Source of the DNA: Candidatus Latescibacterota bacterium
GTDB lineage: Bacteria > Latescibacterota > UBA2968 > UBA8231
NCBI GenBank assembly: GCA_965203175.1
Contig: OZ241867.1
Coordinates: 4,768,001-4,832,000 of the forward strand
Direction: 5' to 3'
DNA: 64,000 nt
The translations under genes and the position numbers were made by a program. The first letter of the stretch is position 1. Each line of letters begins with the position of its first letter. Under the pieces are notes generated by a model, which was not told the DNA's origin, did no database searches, and saw only the letters and a program-made list of their open reading frames with translations. Below, piece by piece: positions 1-9,534 of this stretch.

Positions 1-312
1 AACGGCTGGGCCAATTACGCCGCCTCGTACTTCAACGATTGCTACCGCTTCTCCGAATCAGCCCATTACGCGCTCAAGTCAGGAGGGACAGCCTTGGTGG
101 TAATCGGCAACAGCATCCTGCAAGGGATAATGGTGCCTACGGATCGCTTTCTGGGTACAATCGCTGAGGCCGTCGGCCTAGACCTAGTAGACATCCACAT
201 ACCCAGAGCCACCCGCGTGGGCAACAGCATAATCCAGTCCGAGGTACGAGTCGCCAAGGCCAAAGACGCTCACCAACTCTATGAGGCTGTGGTGGAACTA
301 CGAAAGCCTTAG
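1..312 (+). CDS. C-terminal part of a probable DNA methyltransferase (amino-MTase type), partner of the adjacent restriction endonuclease; 5' end outside window
   Basis: Frame 1 is open from base 1 (NGWANYAASYFNDCYRF...ALKSGGTALVVIGNS...YEAVVELRKP*). The LKxGG...VVIGNS pattern resembles the C-terminus of N4/N6 MTases. Converges on the REase with a 4-bp overlap. Confidence 0.65.
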   Translation, partial: NGWANYAASYFNDCYRFSESAHYALKSGGTALVVIGNSILQGIMVPTDRFLGTIAEAVGLDLVDIHIPRATRVGNSIIQSEVRVAKAKDAHQLYEAVVELRKP

Positions 313-923
313 CTCTGAATTTCGGCGATGATACTCTCCAATTGAGGCTCTGGGCCAGAGAGGCGGTCGGCCCAACTCCTACCTCGATGCAGTACATCCC
401 ATTCGGAACGGGCTTGGTTATAGCGGCCTTTGCCCGGGTCGTGGTTGCCGAACCCATCCACGACGGTATTCCACAACGGGGTGTAAGTGCGTATCAATTC
501 GGACTCCACCGCTGAAATCAGATCCGTTTCGACGCCGTTGAGGATCATGAAGCGGCAACAGAAATCACGTACCTCCAGATTCTCAACGCTAGCGATAGAG
601 CGGGCGTGTTCCTGTAGGCGTTGATAGAGCGCCTTGTCTTGGTCCGTGTGAGCGGTTCGGGCTGTCCGCCAGCCGGCAGGCACGGCCTTACCTATGTAGA
701 TGGGCTGGCGGCAATCCTGCTGGTTTTGGCGGGCAATATGGCTGTAATAGTCAAAGGAGCCGAGATAATAGAGGGCGTAAACGCCGACCCCGGCAAAGTC
801 GGTAGCAGGTGGTAAGAAATGAACCGGAGTTTTGGTGAGAAATTCGACAGCTTCCTTGACTACACTCTTGAATTTCGGCGAGCGGAAGGTATGCCGGTCG
901 GGATTTACTGATGGCAGGGACAT
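309..923 (-). CDS. Eco29kI/Cfr42I-family GIY-YIG type II restriction endonuclease
   Basis: GVYALYY...PIYIGKAVPAG, LYQRLQEHARSI, ESELIR..PLWN..VDGFGNHDPGKGRYNQARSEWDVLH motifs, which are typical of the Eco29kI family. Confidence 0.9.
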   Translation of the reverse strand: MSLPSVNPDRHTFRSPKFKSVVKEAVEFLTKTPVHFLPPATDFAGVGVYALYYLGSFDYYSHIARQNQQDCRQPIYIGKAVPAGWRTARTAHTDQDKALYQRLQEHARSIASVENLEVRDFCCRFMILNGVETDLISAVESELIRTYTPLWNTVVDGFGNHDPGKGRYNQARSEWDVLHRGRSWADRLSGPEPQLESIIAEIQS

Positions 924-962
924 AGTTTCAGGGATTCAAGAGGAACGTTATAGGACAAAATT

Positions 963-1991
963 TCACTCCCACACCCGCTCCTCCAGCACCCCTTCGCACT
1001 CCCGCCCATCCTCAAAGACCACCCGCACCTCCACCTGCTGCCGGTCAAAATCGGCCGGCAACTCCCACAGATGCGTCGCCAGATCGCGAGACGATTCGGC
1101 CAGCGGATCGATCCGCGCTAATGGCCCCAAGTCCCCCACCTCGACCTGCGTGCGCGGCGAACCATCGAACACATTGACAAAGCGACGCCCCAAAGCCTGA
1201 TGTAGGCACAATTCCACTGCCTCATCTTGGTGCGGCTGGAAAGCGTGGTACTGGTTACTGAATCCTCCTTCCGCATCGACCTCAACTACCCGATACCCCT
1301 GCGGTTCGCGTCCTTGCGGGCCGCGGCTTTCCACCCCCGTCTTCCACCAATTGCCCGACACCGCCGCGGTGGTCATAACCTCCATAGCACCGACGAAGTG
1401 GCGATCATTTTCATGGTGGTGGCCGTGCAAGGTGATCACCCGTTCAAAGGGCTGCAATAGCGTCAGCAAGCGCCGCGCCCCGGCAATCTCATTGGTGGGA
1501 AAGGCCATATCAGGTGCCTGACCCGAGCGCTGGGGAAAAGTCGTCGATACCGGCACATGACTGGCCACCACCAGCGGCGCGGCCCGATCCAGCCCCGCCA
1601 AATCCGCAGCCAGCCACTCCAACAGCCCCTCGTCGGCCAAGACGTGCCAGTTGGACGGATGATCCTCGGTCGGCTCGAAATAGCGCACCACGTCCAGCAG
1701 CACAAAGTGGACGCCGCCAATATCGGCGCTGGCGTGCACCGTCCCCCCTTGTTCCCGGGGCAGATAGCCGCTGCACATCTCGTGGTTGCCGTGGCTCAAT
1801 AGCACCGGCACAGATACCCTCTCCATGGTTTGGGCGTATTGCGCTAGCGCCTCGGACGTGAGGCCCACGTCGCCGCCATTGATCAGGACTTCAGGCTGAT
1901 GCTCCAGCATGGATTCCACACACAACTCAAATCCCCGAAAGGCGTCTATCCCGGAGTCGAGGTGAATGTCGGTAAAGTAGATGAATTTCAT
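963..1991 (-). CDS. Calcineurin-like metallophosphoesterase
   Basis: DIH, GGD, GNHE, SHVP and HGHHH metal-binding motifs. Confidence 0.9.
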   Translation of the reverse strand: MKFIYFTDIHLDSGIDAFRGFELCVESMLEHQPEVLINGGDVGLTSEALAQYAQTMERVSVPVLLSHGNHEMCSGYLPREQGGTVHASADIGGVHFVLLDVVRYFEPTEDHPSNWHVLADEGLLEWLAADLAGLDRAAPLVVASHVPVSTTFPQRSGQAPDMAFPTNEIAGARRLLTLLQPFERVITLHGHHHENDRHFVGAMEVMTTAAVSGNWWKTGVESRGPQGREPQGYRVVEVDAEGGFSNQYHAFQPHQDEAVELCLHQALGRRFVNVFDGSPRTQVEVGDLGPLARIDPLAESSRDLATHLWELPADFDRQQVEVRVVFEDGRECEGVLEERVWE

Positions 1992-1995
1992 TGGG

Positions 1996-2589
1996 TTATT
2001 CCTTAAGAAGCGTTCCTAAAATTGTTTTCGGGCGGCTTTTGAGCCATCCCCAAGACCGATCTTCAACCGACGTAGAAGCGGTTGCCGGATAAAAGCCAGA
2101 ACCTAAGACAAAATCTTGGCCGAGGGCAGAATAGGGAATAGCATAGCTCACTTTAGGCGAGCCGGTGTCCCCTTCTATCTCTGGATGGGGCCAAAGGTAC
2201 TCGACAAAGCCACCGCCTTGAGCCGCCGCAGCAATGAGTTCTTGGGTCATTTTGACGCCGTTGGCGTCTTCAAGATCGTAGATGTTTTGGCCTTCAAGGT
2301 CTGGATTGGCTCCGTTAAGGATTAGGAGCCCATCGGTCGTCCCAGCAAAGAGGTAGATAGATCCCTGCTTCCAAACCCCTTCGGTTCTGAATTCCTGCAA
2401 GATAGCCAGATACTCGGAAAGGCTTGTGGCGTTGTCCAAGTACGCCTTCGCCGCATGCACAAAGGCTTTCAGGGTTTCCCGATCCACCACATCGCCGGCT
2501 GTTACCTCCGGGTCTTGAGCGATGGCGGGATACGCGGCGGGCAAGAGGATGGTTAATGCCATAATGAGTACTGCTGTTAGGTGTTTCAC
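1996..2589 (-). CDS. Secreted stand-alone Cache (sCache_2-like) domain protein with C-terminal SWGxLK motif
   Basis: GTG start at 2589 behind an AAGGAG RBS; signal peptide; YLFAG...GANPDLEGQN..DLEDANG...GGGFVEYLWP...KVSY...VLGSGFY is a Cache signature. Confidence 0.8.
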   Translation of the reverse strand: MKHLTAVLIMALTILLPAAYPAIAQDPEVTAGDVVDRETLKAFVHAAKAYLDNATSLSEYLAILQEFRTEGVWKQGSIYLFAGTTDGLLILNGANPDLEGQNIYDLEDANGVKMTQELIAAAAQGGGFVEYLWPHPEIEGDTGSPKVSYAIPYSALGQDFVLGSGFYPATASTSVEDRSWGWLKSRPKTILGTLLKE

Positions 2590-2848
2590 GACGACTCTCC
2601 TTTTTGAAAAGCCAAGCGGCGGTCTTGCTCTCTCAACATTTCTTCGCTGTACGCCAAGCGCGTGTTGATCTGGCATCTCCTTTCCAAATTGGATGGACAC
2701 GGCTCTTCCTTTTTCTTGCTCACTTCAGTATATAAACTTACCCTGCAAACGCAATTGCTTCCGGTCGATGCACAAGCGGATTGCATGACGGCTCCGGCTG
2801 GAACAAGCTCTCCGAACGGCAGCTTTTACCTGTGGAAGTGAGGATTGT

Positions 2849-3670
2849 ATGACCTTCGCCCGCGTCTCCCGTCCCGCTCTTTTCCAAGCCCCTCTAAGTC
2901 GAGGCATCGCCACCGTCCTCGGCCCCCAAGGCTTGCGTCTGACTGGTCTGACCAGCTTTCACCTCGACGAGGGGCCCGACTTTGCTTGGCTCAATATCTA
3001 CCGCACCCTAGCCGACGGCCGCCAACTCGAAATTACGCGCGAGCGCACCCCAGATCAGGTGGCCCAAGAAGGCGATAGCGTCGCGGTGCGCTGGGCGGCC
3101 TGCCCTGAGGTGCAAGCCGAATTGCAGGCGCACTACCGCATCGCTGGACCCGATAGTCTCGACGCCACCTTCAGCGCCCACCTAGCAGCCGATTACCGAC
3201 GTTTTGAATTCTTTATCGCCAATTATTTTACTCCCCACTACACGCCGTACTTTCCCGTGCAGTACGACCGCACCCACCCCGAAGGCGTCACTTGGTACCA
3301 AAAGCAGTGGTACGGCCACAATGAGGCCGAATCGTGGGCGCGCGATGAAGATGCTGAAGCCGTGTTTCGCGACGGCCGCTGGCTCGACGGCTATCCTCTC
3401 AACTGGCGTCGGGGACCGTACTACGCCCACGCCCTGACTCTGCAAGAGCATCGCTACGGCCACGCTATTCTGCTCATGGCCCGGCCCACCGACTGCCTGG
3501 GCCTGTCGGGTTACAACAGCTACCACAACGCCCAGTACTTCCACTTGGGAGGCAACGACGTCCAAGCCGGCCAACACCTGACGTTCACCATTCGCTTGGT
3601 GTTATTGACCGAGTGGGACGATCTGCAGGCAGAGGCCTTGGCGCACTATCATCAGTGGATGGAGGAATAG
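2849..3670 (+). CDS. Hypothetical protein (possible galactose mutarotase-like beta-sandwich)
   Basis: 273-aa ORF with GAGGA RBS, 7 bp upstream of the oxidoreductase; fold guess is weak. Confidence 0.6.
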   Translation: MTFARVSRPALFQAPLSRGIATVLGPQGLRLTGLTSFHLDEGPDFAWLNIYRTLADGRQLEITRERTPDQVAQEGDSVAVRWAACPEVQAELQAHYRIAGPDSLDATFSAHLAADYRRFEFFIANYFTPHYTPYFPVQYDRTHPEGVTWYQKQWYGHNEAESWARDEDAEAVFRDGRWLDGYPLNWRRGPYYAHALTLQEHRYGHAILLMARPTDCLGLSGYNSYHNAQYFHLGGNDVQAGQHLTFTIRLVLLTEWDDLQAEALAHYHQWMEE

Positions 3671-3677
3671 AGGAATA

Positions 3678-4709
3678 ATGGCACTGCTCAAACTAGGCGT
3701 CGTCGGCTGCGGTTGGGCCGGCCAACAGACCATCAAGGCGGCTCAGGCCAGTTCCCTGGTCGATGTCGTCGCCTTGGCCGATCTGGACGAACCGCGCCGC
3801 AGCCGCGTCGCCAGCGAAGAAGGCGTACCGCACCAATACGGCCCCTACCAAGACCTGCTGGCCGACGACCAAGTCCAGGCCGTGCTCCTAGCCGTCAATC
3901 CGCCAGCCCGCTACCCCATGGTCGTGGATGCTTTTGCCGCTGGCAAACACGTCTTGGTGCAAAAGCCGCACGCGGTGCGAGCTGCGCATATCTTGGAATT
4001 CGAAGCGGCGGCCGAGCGCGCCGGCACCACGTTGCAATTCTGCTACTTCATGCGCCACTTTCCCCACAACCGCAAATTGAGCGTCGCAGTACAAGAAGGC
4101 TGCATCGGCGAGCCGTACCACGCCCGCATTTTCCTCAAATTCAATTCGCGTCCGCTGGCCGACAGCTTTGAAAGCTGGACCAATGTGTATGGTCACAAGG
4201 GCGGCGCCCTAGGCCAGCACGCCTCGCACGAACTCGACCTAGCTTGGTGGTGGATGGGCTGTCCCAAGCCGCAGTGGGCCTTTGCCGTCAAGCATACCCT
4301 CGAGTCGCTGTACCACGGCCCCGAGGGCGCGGCCGAGGATTACTTTTCCGGCCTAGTCGGTCTGGAAGGCGACAAGACCATCCAGATAGACTGCTCGCGC
4401 TGGCTGCACTGCGACACCCCCACGACCGTGGAATTGTACGGCAGTGAGGGTGCCTTATCTCAGGGAGTTATATGGCACTGGGAAGACGGACAATTCACCG
4501 CGCGGGAAGCCGCCGCAGAATCGGATATGCCCCACACCCAACCGCCCTCGGAGGGATTGTCTTTCTACCACGAAATCGAACACTTCGCCCGCGCCGTAGC
4601 CGGCCAAGTCAAGGCCGACGTCGATGCCCAAGACGCCTATCACTTCATGCAAATCCTCGATGCCTTATACGACAGCGCCCAATGCCGCGAAAAAGTAATG
4701 ATCGACTGA
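3678..4709 (+). CDS. Gfo/Idh/MocA family oxidoreductase
   Basis: LGVVGCGWAG Rossmann motif, AGKHVLVQKP, GGALGQHASHELD. Confidence 0.92.
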   Translation: MALLKLGVVGCGWAGQQTIKAAQASSLVDVVALADLDEPRRSRVASEEGVPHQYGPYQDLLADDQVQAVLLAVNPPARYPMVVDAFAAGKHVLVQKPHAVRAAHILEFEAAAERAGTTLQFCYFMRHFPHNRKLSVAVQEGCIGEPYHARIFLKFNSRPLADSFESWTNVYGHKGGALGQHASHELDLAWWWMGCPKPQWAFAVKHTLESLYHGPEGAAEDYFSGLVGLEGDKTIQIDCSRWLHCDTPTTVELYGSEGALSQGVIWHWEDGQFTAREAAAESDMPHTQPPSEGLSFYHEIEHFARAVAGQVKADVDAQDAYHFMQILDALYDSAQCREKVMID

Positions 4710-4718
4710 AGAAGAAAT

Positions 4719-5363
4719 TCACGGACGCCAACCCGCCTTCAGGTCGCCCCAGGTAGTTTGGACGACAGCAGTAGCATCATCGATGCGGTGAAGTTCCAAG
4801 GTTTCGACCCCACCCTCCTCCGTAGTAGTGAGAAACAAGGAGTCTCCCTCAACAGCATAGGTTCCACTCACCGCAAGTCCAGCAAGCATTTCTTCTTCAT
4901 TGAATCCAGCTAGCAACTCGTCGATAACCGTCTGTTCAGCCTCCGGATAGTCCTCTTCGGAGATTTCGCCCAAGGCCAAGGCCAAACGGGCCATTTCGCG
5001 GATGAATTGAATCACGACCTCGACGACCTTGACCCTCTCACCGCCGATTACATAGTAGGCATTATCTATGTCAACCCAGAGGCTGTCTCCGGCGACTTGG
5101 TAGGTGCCGGTTTGGTGAAAGGAGTCGATGATGAGCGCTTCTGCCCCCGTGGCTTCGTCATCAGCGAAGCCTTCTAGCAACGCGGGACCTTGGTAGATCT
5201 GATTAAAGGTGCCATCCTCCTTAAAGATCAGGTGAACGGTCAGCTCGCCGAGTTCGGCATCAACGATGGTCCCCTCCCAAGTGCCGTGGAGTGCCTCTTC
5301 TTGAGCGGCGAGCGGCAGGGCAAGCAAGCAAAGGAACGCGATAGACGACAGAAGCTGGTGCAT
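4719..5363 (-). CDS. Secreted acidic hypothetical protein (lipocalin-like beta repeats), paralog A, C-terminal TWGxLK motif
   Basis: Signal peptide MHQLLSSIAFLCLLALPLAAQ; LHGTWEG; GTYxVxGDxL repeats; ends QTTWGDLKAGWRP. Confidence 0.8.
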   Translation of the reverse strand: MHQLLSSIAFLCLLALPLAAQEEALHGTWEGTIVDAELGELTVHLIFKEDGTFNQIYQGPALLEGFADDEATGAEALIIDSFHQTGTYQVAGDSLWVDIDNAYYVIGGERVKVVEVVIQFIREMARLALALGEISEEDYPEAEQTVIDELLAGFNEEEMLAGLAVSGTYAVEGDSLFLTTTEEGGVETLELHRIDDATAVVQTTWGDLKAGWRP

Positions 5364-5590
5364 GAAGGCCTCCTTTGAGGAGCACAGTGATAAGAGTACT
5401 CCGAGACGGCATTTATAATCTAAAATAAAGCGGCACGATTTAAGACATTACCGCTTTCTTCCCATCATAAGTGATTCCGTTCATTGACCTAGTGCTATAT
5501 ACAACACCTAAGTTCGGAAAAAGTGTTCCTCTCATTTAGGGGACGGCGAGGCGAGGCACCGTCGTCTAAGTTGGGTTTCTTGCGGTCTAA

Positions 5591-5732
5591 GAAGCTGTCT
5601 GAAACTCCCGTCGGGCCGCCTCAAAGGTCGCCAAGCGACCTTCGCATTGAGCATTTTTCATAGGGAGAGACGCTCGTGACTAGGCCTTTCTCTTCGCGCA
5701 AAGGATGGCACCCGGAGTTTTCAGACGGCTTC
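5591..5732. mobile_element. Non-autonomous miniature inverted-repeat element (MITE), 142 bp
   Basis: Left end GAAGCTGTCTGAAACTCC; reverse complement of right end GAAGCCGTCTGAAAACTCC; TAA on both sides (5588-5590, 5733-5735); internal perfect hairpin AAGGTCGC-CAA-GCGACCTT; no ORF. Confidence 0.75.
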
Positions 5733-5742
5733 TAAGGGAAGT

Positions 5743-6405
5743 TCACGGACTCCAAGCCGCTTTCAGGGCACCCCAGCTAGTTGGGGCAACCGCGCTAGCG
5801 ACATCAATGCGCTGGAATTCCAAGGTTTCGACCCCGCCCTCCTCCATAGTAGTGATGAACAAAGTATCCCCTTCAATGGCATAGGTACTATTTATCTCCT
5901 CAGATCCACCGAATCCGAGATCGGCGAGGAACTCGTCCTCATCGAATTCGGCGAGGAACTCATCGACGAACGCCTGTTCAAATGCCGGGTAGTCCTCGTC
6001 GGAGATTCCCTCCAGATCAGCGGCTAAACGGGCGAAGCCACGGGCGAAGCCAATGAAGAATTCCTTTATAAACTCGACGAACTCGACGGGGGTCATCTTC
6101 TCATCGTCGATGATATAGTACAATTCGACTATATCAACCCAGAGGCTGTCGCCTGCGACTCGATAGGTGCCGGCGAACTGGACAGAAAGCGCCTCTATGG
6201 GAGATTCGACATCGTCTTCTTCTCCCTCGATGTTTTGGTCGAGCGCAAAGGTGCCATCCGCCTCGAAGGTCAGGCGCATGGTAATCTCACTGCTTTCTTC
6301 ATCGATATAGGTCCCCTCCCAAGTGCCGTAGAGGTCCTCTTCCTGAGCGGCGAGCGGCAGGGCGAGCAAGCAAAGGAACGCGATAGACGACAGAAGCTGG
6401 TGCAT
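5743..6405 (-). CDS. Secreted acidic hypothetical protein, paralog B of 4719-5363
   Basis: Identical first 23 aa to paralog A (ATG at 6405, AAGGAGG RBS); ends PTSWGALKAAWSP. Confidence 0.8.
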   Translation of the reverse strand: MHQLLSSIAFLCLLALPLAAQEEDLYGTWEGTYIDEESSEITMRLTFEADGTFALDQNIEGEEDDVESPIEALSVQFAGTYRVAGDSLWVDIVELYYIIDDEKMTPVEFVEFIKEFFIGFARGFARLAADLEGISDEDYPAFEQAFVDEFLAEFDEDEFLADLGFGGSEEINSTYAIEGDTLFITTMEEGGVETLEFQRIDVASAVAPTSWGALKAAWSP

Positions 6406-6571
6406 GACGGCCTCCTTTGAAGGGCAAAGGACAAGACGGCGAACAGTGATAAGAGTACTCTGGGACAACATCCGCAGCAAAGTAGAACAGAGTCCGCCCT
6501 CAGTTGACGGGATAAAACTCAGACGCTACTATCCGTCTCTCGTTCCACTTCCATATCAGAAAGCACACACC

Positions 6572-8242
6572 ATGACCGAATCCATCCCCATCAGCAAGAA
6601 CATCACCCAAGGCCCGTCCCGAGCTGGGGCCCGCGCCATGTACCGGGCCGCCGGTTTCGACGCCGACGCCCTGCGCAAACCCCTCATCGGCATCGCCAAT
6701 ACCTGGACCGAGCTCGGCCCCTGCAACTTTGGCCTGCGCGGCCTAGCCGAGCACGTCAAGGCCGGGATCCTCCAGGCCGGCGGCACCCCCCTCGAATTCA
6801 ATACAGTGGTGATCTCCGACGGCATCACCATGGGCACCGAAGGCATGAAGACCTCGCTCATTTCGCGCGAAGTCATCGCCGACTCCATGGAACTGGTGGT
6901 GCGCGGCCACATGCTCGACGGCTTTGTCGCCCTCACCGGCTGCGACAAGACCACCCCAGGAGCCATTATGGCCATGTGCCGCTTGGACATCCCCTCGGTG
7001 CTGCTCTACGGTGGATCGATTATGCCCGGCCGCCACGACCAAGTTGACATCACCATCCAAGACGTGTACGAAGCCATCGGCGCCCACGCCACCGGCCGCA
7101 TCGACGACGATCAATTGCGCCTCATCGAGGAAAACGCCTGCCCCGGAGCCGGTTCCTGCGGCGGTCAATTCACCGCCAATACCATGGCCACCGCAGCCGA
7201 AATCCTCGGCGTGGCTCTCATGGGCTCAGGCTCGGTGCCGGCCACCGATCCGCGCAAGGAAGCCGTCGGCACCCAAGTTGGGTCCCTAGCCGTCGAGTTA
7301 GTGCACCAAGATCGTACCCCCTCACAGATCATCACCCGCCCCGCCCTCGACAACGCCATCCGCTCCATTGCCACCACCGGCGGCTCGACCAACGGCGTAC
7401 TGCATTTTCTGGCCATCGCCCGGGAAGCCGGATTGGAACTGGACATTGAGGATTTCCAGACCTTGAGCAGTTCCACCCCACTCATGGTCGATCTCAAACC
7501 GGGCGGCCGCTTTGTCGCCCCCGATTTGGACAAGGCCGGCGGCATCGCCCTAGTGGCCCGCCGCCTCAAAGAAGCCGGCCTGCTGCACGAGGACGCCCTC
7601 ACGGTATCGGGCCGCACTATTGGCCAAGAGGCCGACCGCGCTGTGGAAACCCCCGGCCAGCAGGTCGTGGTCTCGGTCGATAAACCGCTGAAAAAATCGG
7701 GTGGTCTAGTCATACTCAAGGGCAATCTCGCCCCCGAAGGCGCGGTGGTGAAATTAGCCGGCCACGAACGCGCCCAGCACCAAGGCCCGGCCCGCGTCTT
7801 CGACAGCGAGGACGAAGTCATGCCGGTCATTGAGCAGGGTCACATTCACCCCGGCGACGTGGTGGTCATTCGCTATGAAGGCCCCAAGGGCGGACCGGGC
7901 ATGCGCGAGATGCTAGCCGTCACCGGTGCCATCGTGGGGGCAGGTCTAGGCGACTCCGTGGCCTTGGTCACCGATGGCCGCTTTTCGGGTGCCACCCGCG
8001 GCCTGATGATCGGCCACGCCGCGCCCGAAGCCGCAGTGGGCGGCCCCTTAGCCGTCCTGCACGACGGCGATACCATCACCATCGACACCACGACCGGCCG
8101 GTTGGACGTGGCATTAGACGAAGCTGAGTTGCAGGCCCGCCTTGCCGCCTGGGAGGCCCCGCCGCCGCGCTACACTTCCGGCGTGATGGCCAAATACGCC
8201 CGCTCGGTGTCGTCGGCAGCCCAAGGAGCGGTGACCAGCTAA
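6572..8242 (+). CDS. ilvD: Dihydroxy-acid dehydratase
   Basis: PCN, SDGITMG, GCDKT, CPGAGSCGGQFTANTM, GGSTN, YEGPKGGPGMREML and TDGRFSG motifs; start taken at MTESIP (6572). Confidence 0.97.
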   Translation: MTESIPISKNITQGPSRAGARAMYRAAGFDADALRKPLIGIANTWTELGPCNFGLRGLAEHVKAGILQAGGTPLEFNTVVISDGITMGTEGMKTSLISREVIADSMELVVRGHMLDGFVALTGCDKTTPGAIMAMCRLDIPSVLLYGGSIMPGRHDQVDITIQDVYEAIGAHATGRIDDDQLRLIEENACPGAGSCGGQFTANTMATAAEILGVALMGSGSVPATDPRKEAVGTQVGSLAVELVHQDRTPSQIITRPALDNAIRSIATTGGSTNGVLHFLAIAREAGLELDIEDFQTLSSSTPLMVDLKPGGRFVAPDLDKAGGIALVARRLKEAGLLHEDALTVSGRTIGQEADRAVETPGQQVVVSVDKPLKKSGGLVILKGNLAPEGAVVKLAGHERAQHQGPARVFDSEDEVMPVIEQGHIHPGDVVVIRYEGPKGGPGMREMLAVTGAIVGAGLGDSVALVTDGRFSGATRGLMIGHAAPEAAVGGPLAVLHDGDTITIDTTTGRLDVALDEAELQARLAAWEAPPPRYTSGVMAKYARSVSSAAQGAVTS

Positions 8243-8268
8243 TCGTTTTTGCTACAGGGAGATGGTCG

Positions 8269-9534
8269 CTACGACCCCTCCCACCGACTGACCACCTGCT
8301 TCTCCTTTTGGACGCGCTCGTACAGATTCTGCCATTCTTGCGAGCCATCGTCCTCTAAAATTTCGGTGCGCACACCCTCTACATAGGTCCCCGGTACACT
8401 GGGGTGCTCCATGTGTATGCAGGTGCCGTCGGGATAGACGATGGTGCTGATCTGCCGCGGTTTCGGGTGGATGTAGAGCTGTCCTTGACGCGCGTGTTCG
8501 TCGAGTTCCTCCTGCGGAACGCGGTATTGCTCAACCGCCGCCTCATCGACCTCGACGCCGAGGCCGGGGCCGTCGGGGACCCGCTGGTGCCCGTTGATCA
8601 CCTGAACGGGTTCGGTCAGCAGATGGTGGCTATACATATTGATACAACTAATCGCCGCCCACCGGGCGTGCGTTAGCACCGAGCCGAGATGGGCGTCCCA
8701 CGTAGTCGTCAACCCATTGCCAACGATCTGCAACCAGAACGGCATGGAAACTTCCGCAGCGCACTGTCCTTGGCGCATGGTCATTGACTTCCCGCCCCCA
8801 ATCACAAAGCCGTCGCAAACTTCTTCGCGCACCGCCGTGAGAAACGGCGGCGAACCAAAGTGCATGGCCACCGGCCTGTTCACAGCCTGGCGGATCTGGC
8901 GATTGCCGAGAATATCATCCTGCGGGATGGGCGTTTCGAACATGGCCACGTTTTCGTAGCGCTCGAGCTTTTTTATGATCGGAATGGCATTGGCCGCGTT
9001 TTCCCAAGAGCCGTTGGGATCGAGATCGAGATGGAAATGAGGGGGCACCACCTTGGATATGGCATCGACCTGCGCGACGATGTCGTACCAGGGCCGCGGT
9101 TTGTTCTTGAGATTTGTGTACCCTTGCGCCACGGCCTCGGTCGCTTCCGCGGCCCAGTTTTCCGGTGAGGTGTGACTGCACCACCAAGAAATCGGCGTCC
9201 AGTCGCGCACTTTGGTACCCAGCAGCCGATGCACCGGGATTTCGAGTATCTTGCCGACCACGTCGAACAGCGCCATCTGCAAACCAGCACCCAGGCCATC
9301 TTCATTCATCAGGTCGGCCGGGCTTTGGCCGATGATGCGCGCAACCGCATCGTCGGTCACCCGACCATAGGTATAGTGAATGACGGTCTCTCCCCAACCC
9401 ACGTGGCCCGTGTCGGTGGTGACCTTGCACAGCTCGAGGATGGACCAGTTGTAAACCGACTGGCGGGTTATCTCCTGCTGTCTAGGCGTGAACGGGACAT
9501 CGACGATAATGCGTTCGACATTGGTGACTTTCAT
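8269..9534 (-). CDS. Mandelate racemase/muconate lactonizing enzyme (enolase superfamily) protein
   Basis: VTTDTGHVGWGE, ALFDVVGK...PVHRLLG, KxK, DPN, ETP, VPDGPGLGVEVD. Confidence 0.9.
   Translation of the reverse strand: MKVTNVERIIVDVPFTPRQQEITRQSVYNWSILELCKVTTDTGHVGWGETVIHYTYGRVTDDAVARIIGQSPADLMNEDGLGAGLQMALFDVVGKILEIPVHRLLGTKVRDWTPISWWCSHTSPENWAAEATEAVAQGYTNLKNKPRPWYDIVAQVDAISKVVPPHFHLDLDPNGSWENAANAIPIIKKLERYENVAMFETPIPQDDILGNRQIRQAVNRPVAMHFGSPPFLTAVREEVCDGFVIGGGKSMTMRQGQCAAEVSMPFWLQIVGNGLTTTWDAHLGSVLTHARWAAISCINMYSHHLLTEPVQVINGHQRVPDGPGLGVEVDEAAVEQYRVPQEELDEHARQGQLYIHPKPRQISTIVYPDGTCIHMEHPSVPGTYVEGVRTEILEDDGSQEWQNLYERVQKEKQVVSRWEGS

Noticed and set aside
5722-5731. GCCGTCTGAA (Neisseria DNA uptake sequence) on the minus strand near 5720-5729
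   Set aside because: One exact copy noticed, inside a MITE terminal repeat; true uptake sequences occur at high density.
6404-6571. N-terminal extension of IlvD in the ORF track
   Set aside because: Overlaps the divergent gene's start and RBS region; IlvD similarity begins at MTESIP (6572).
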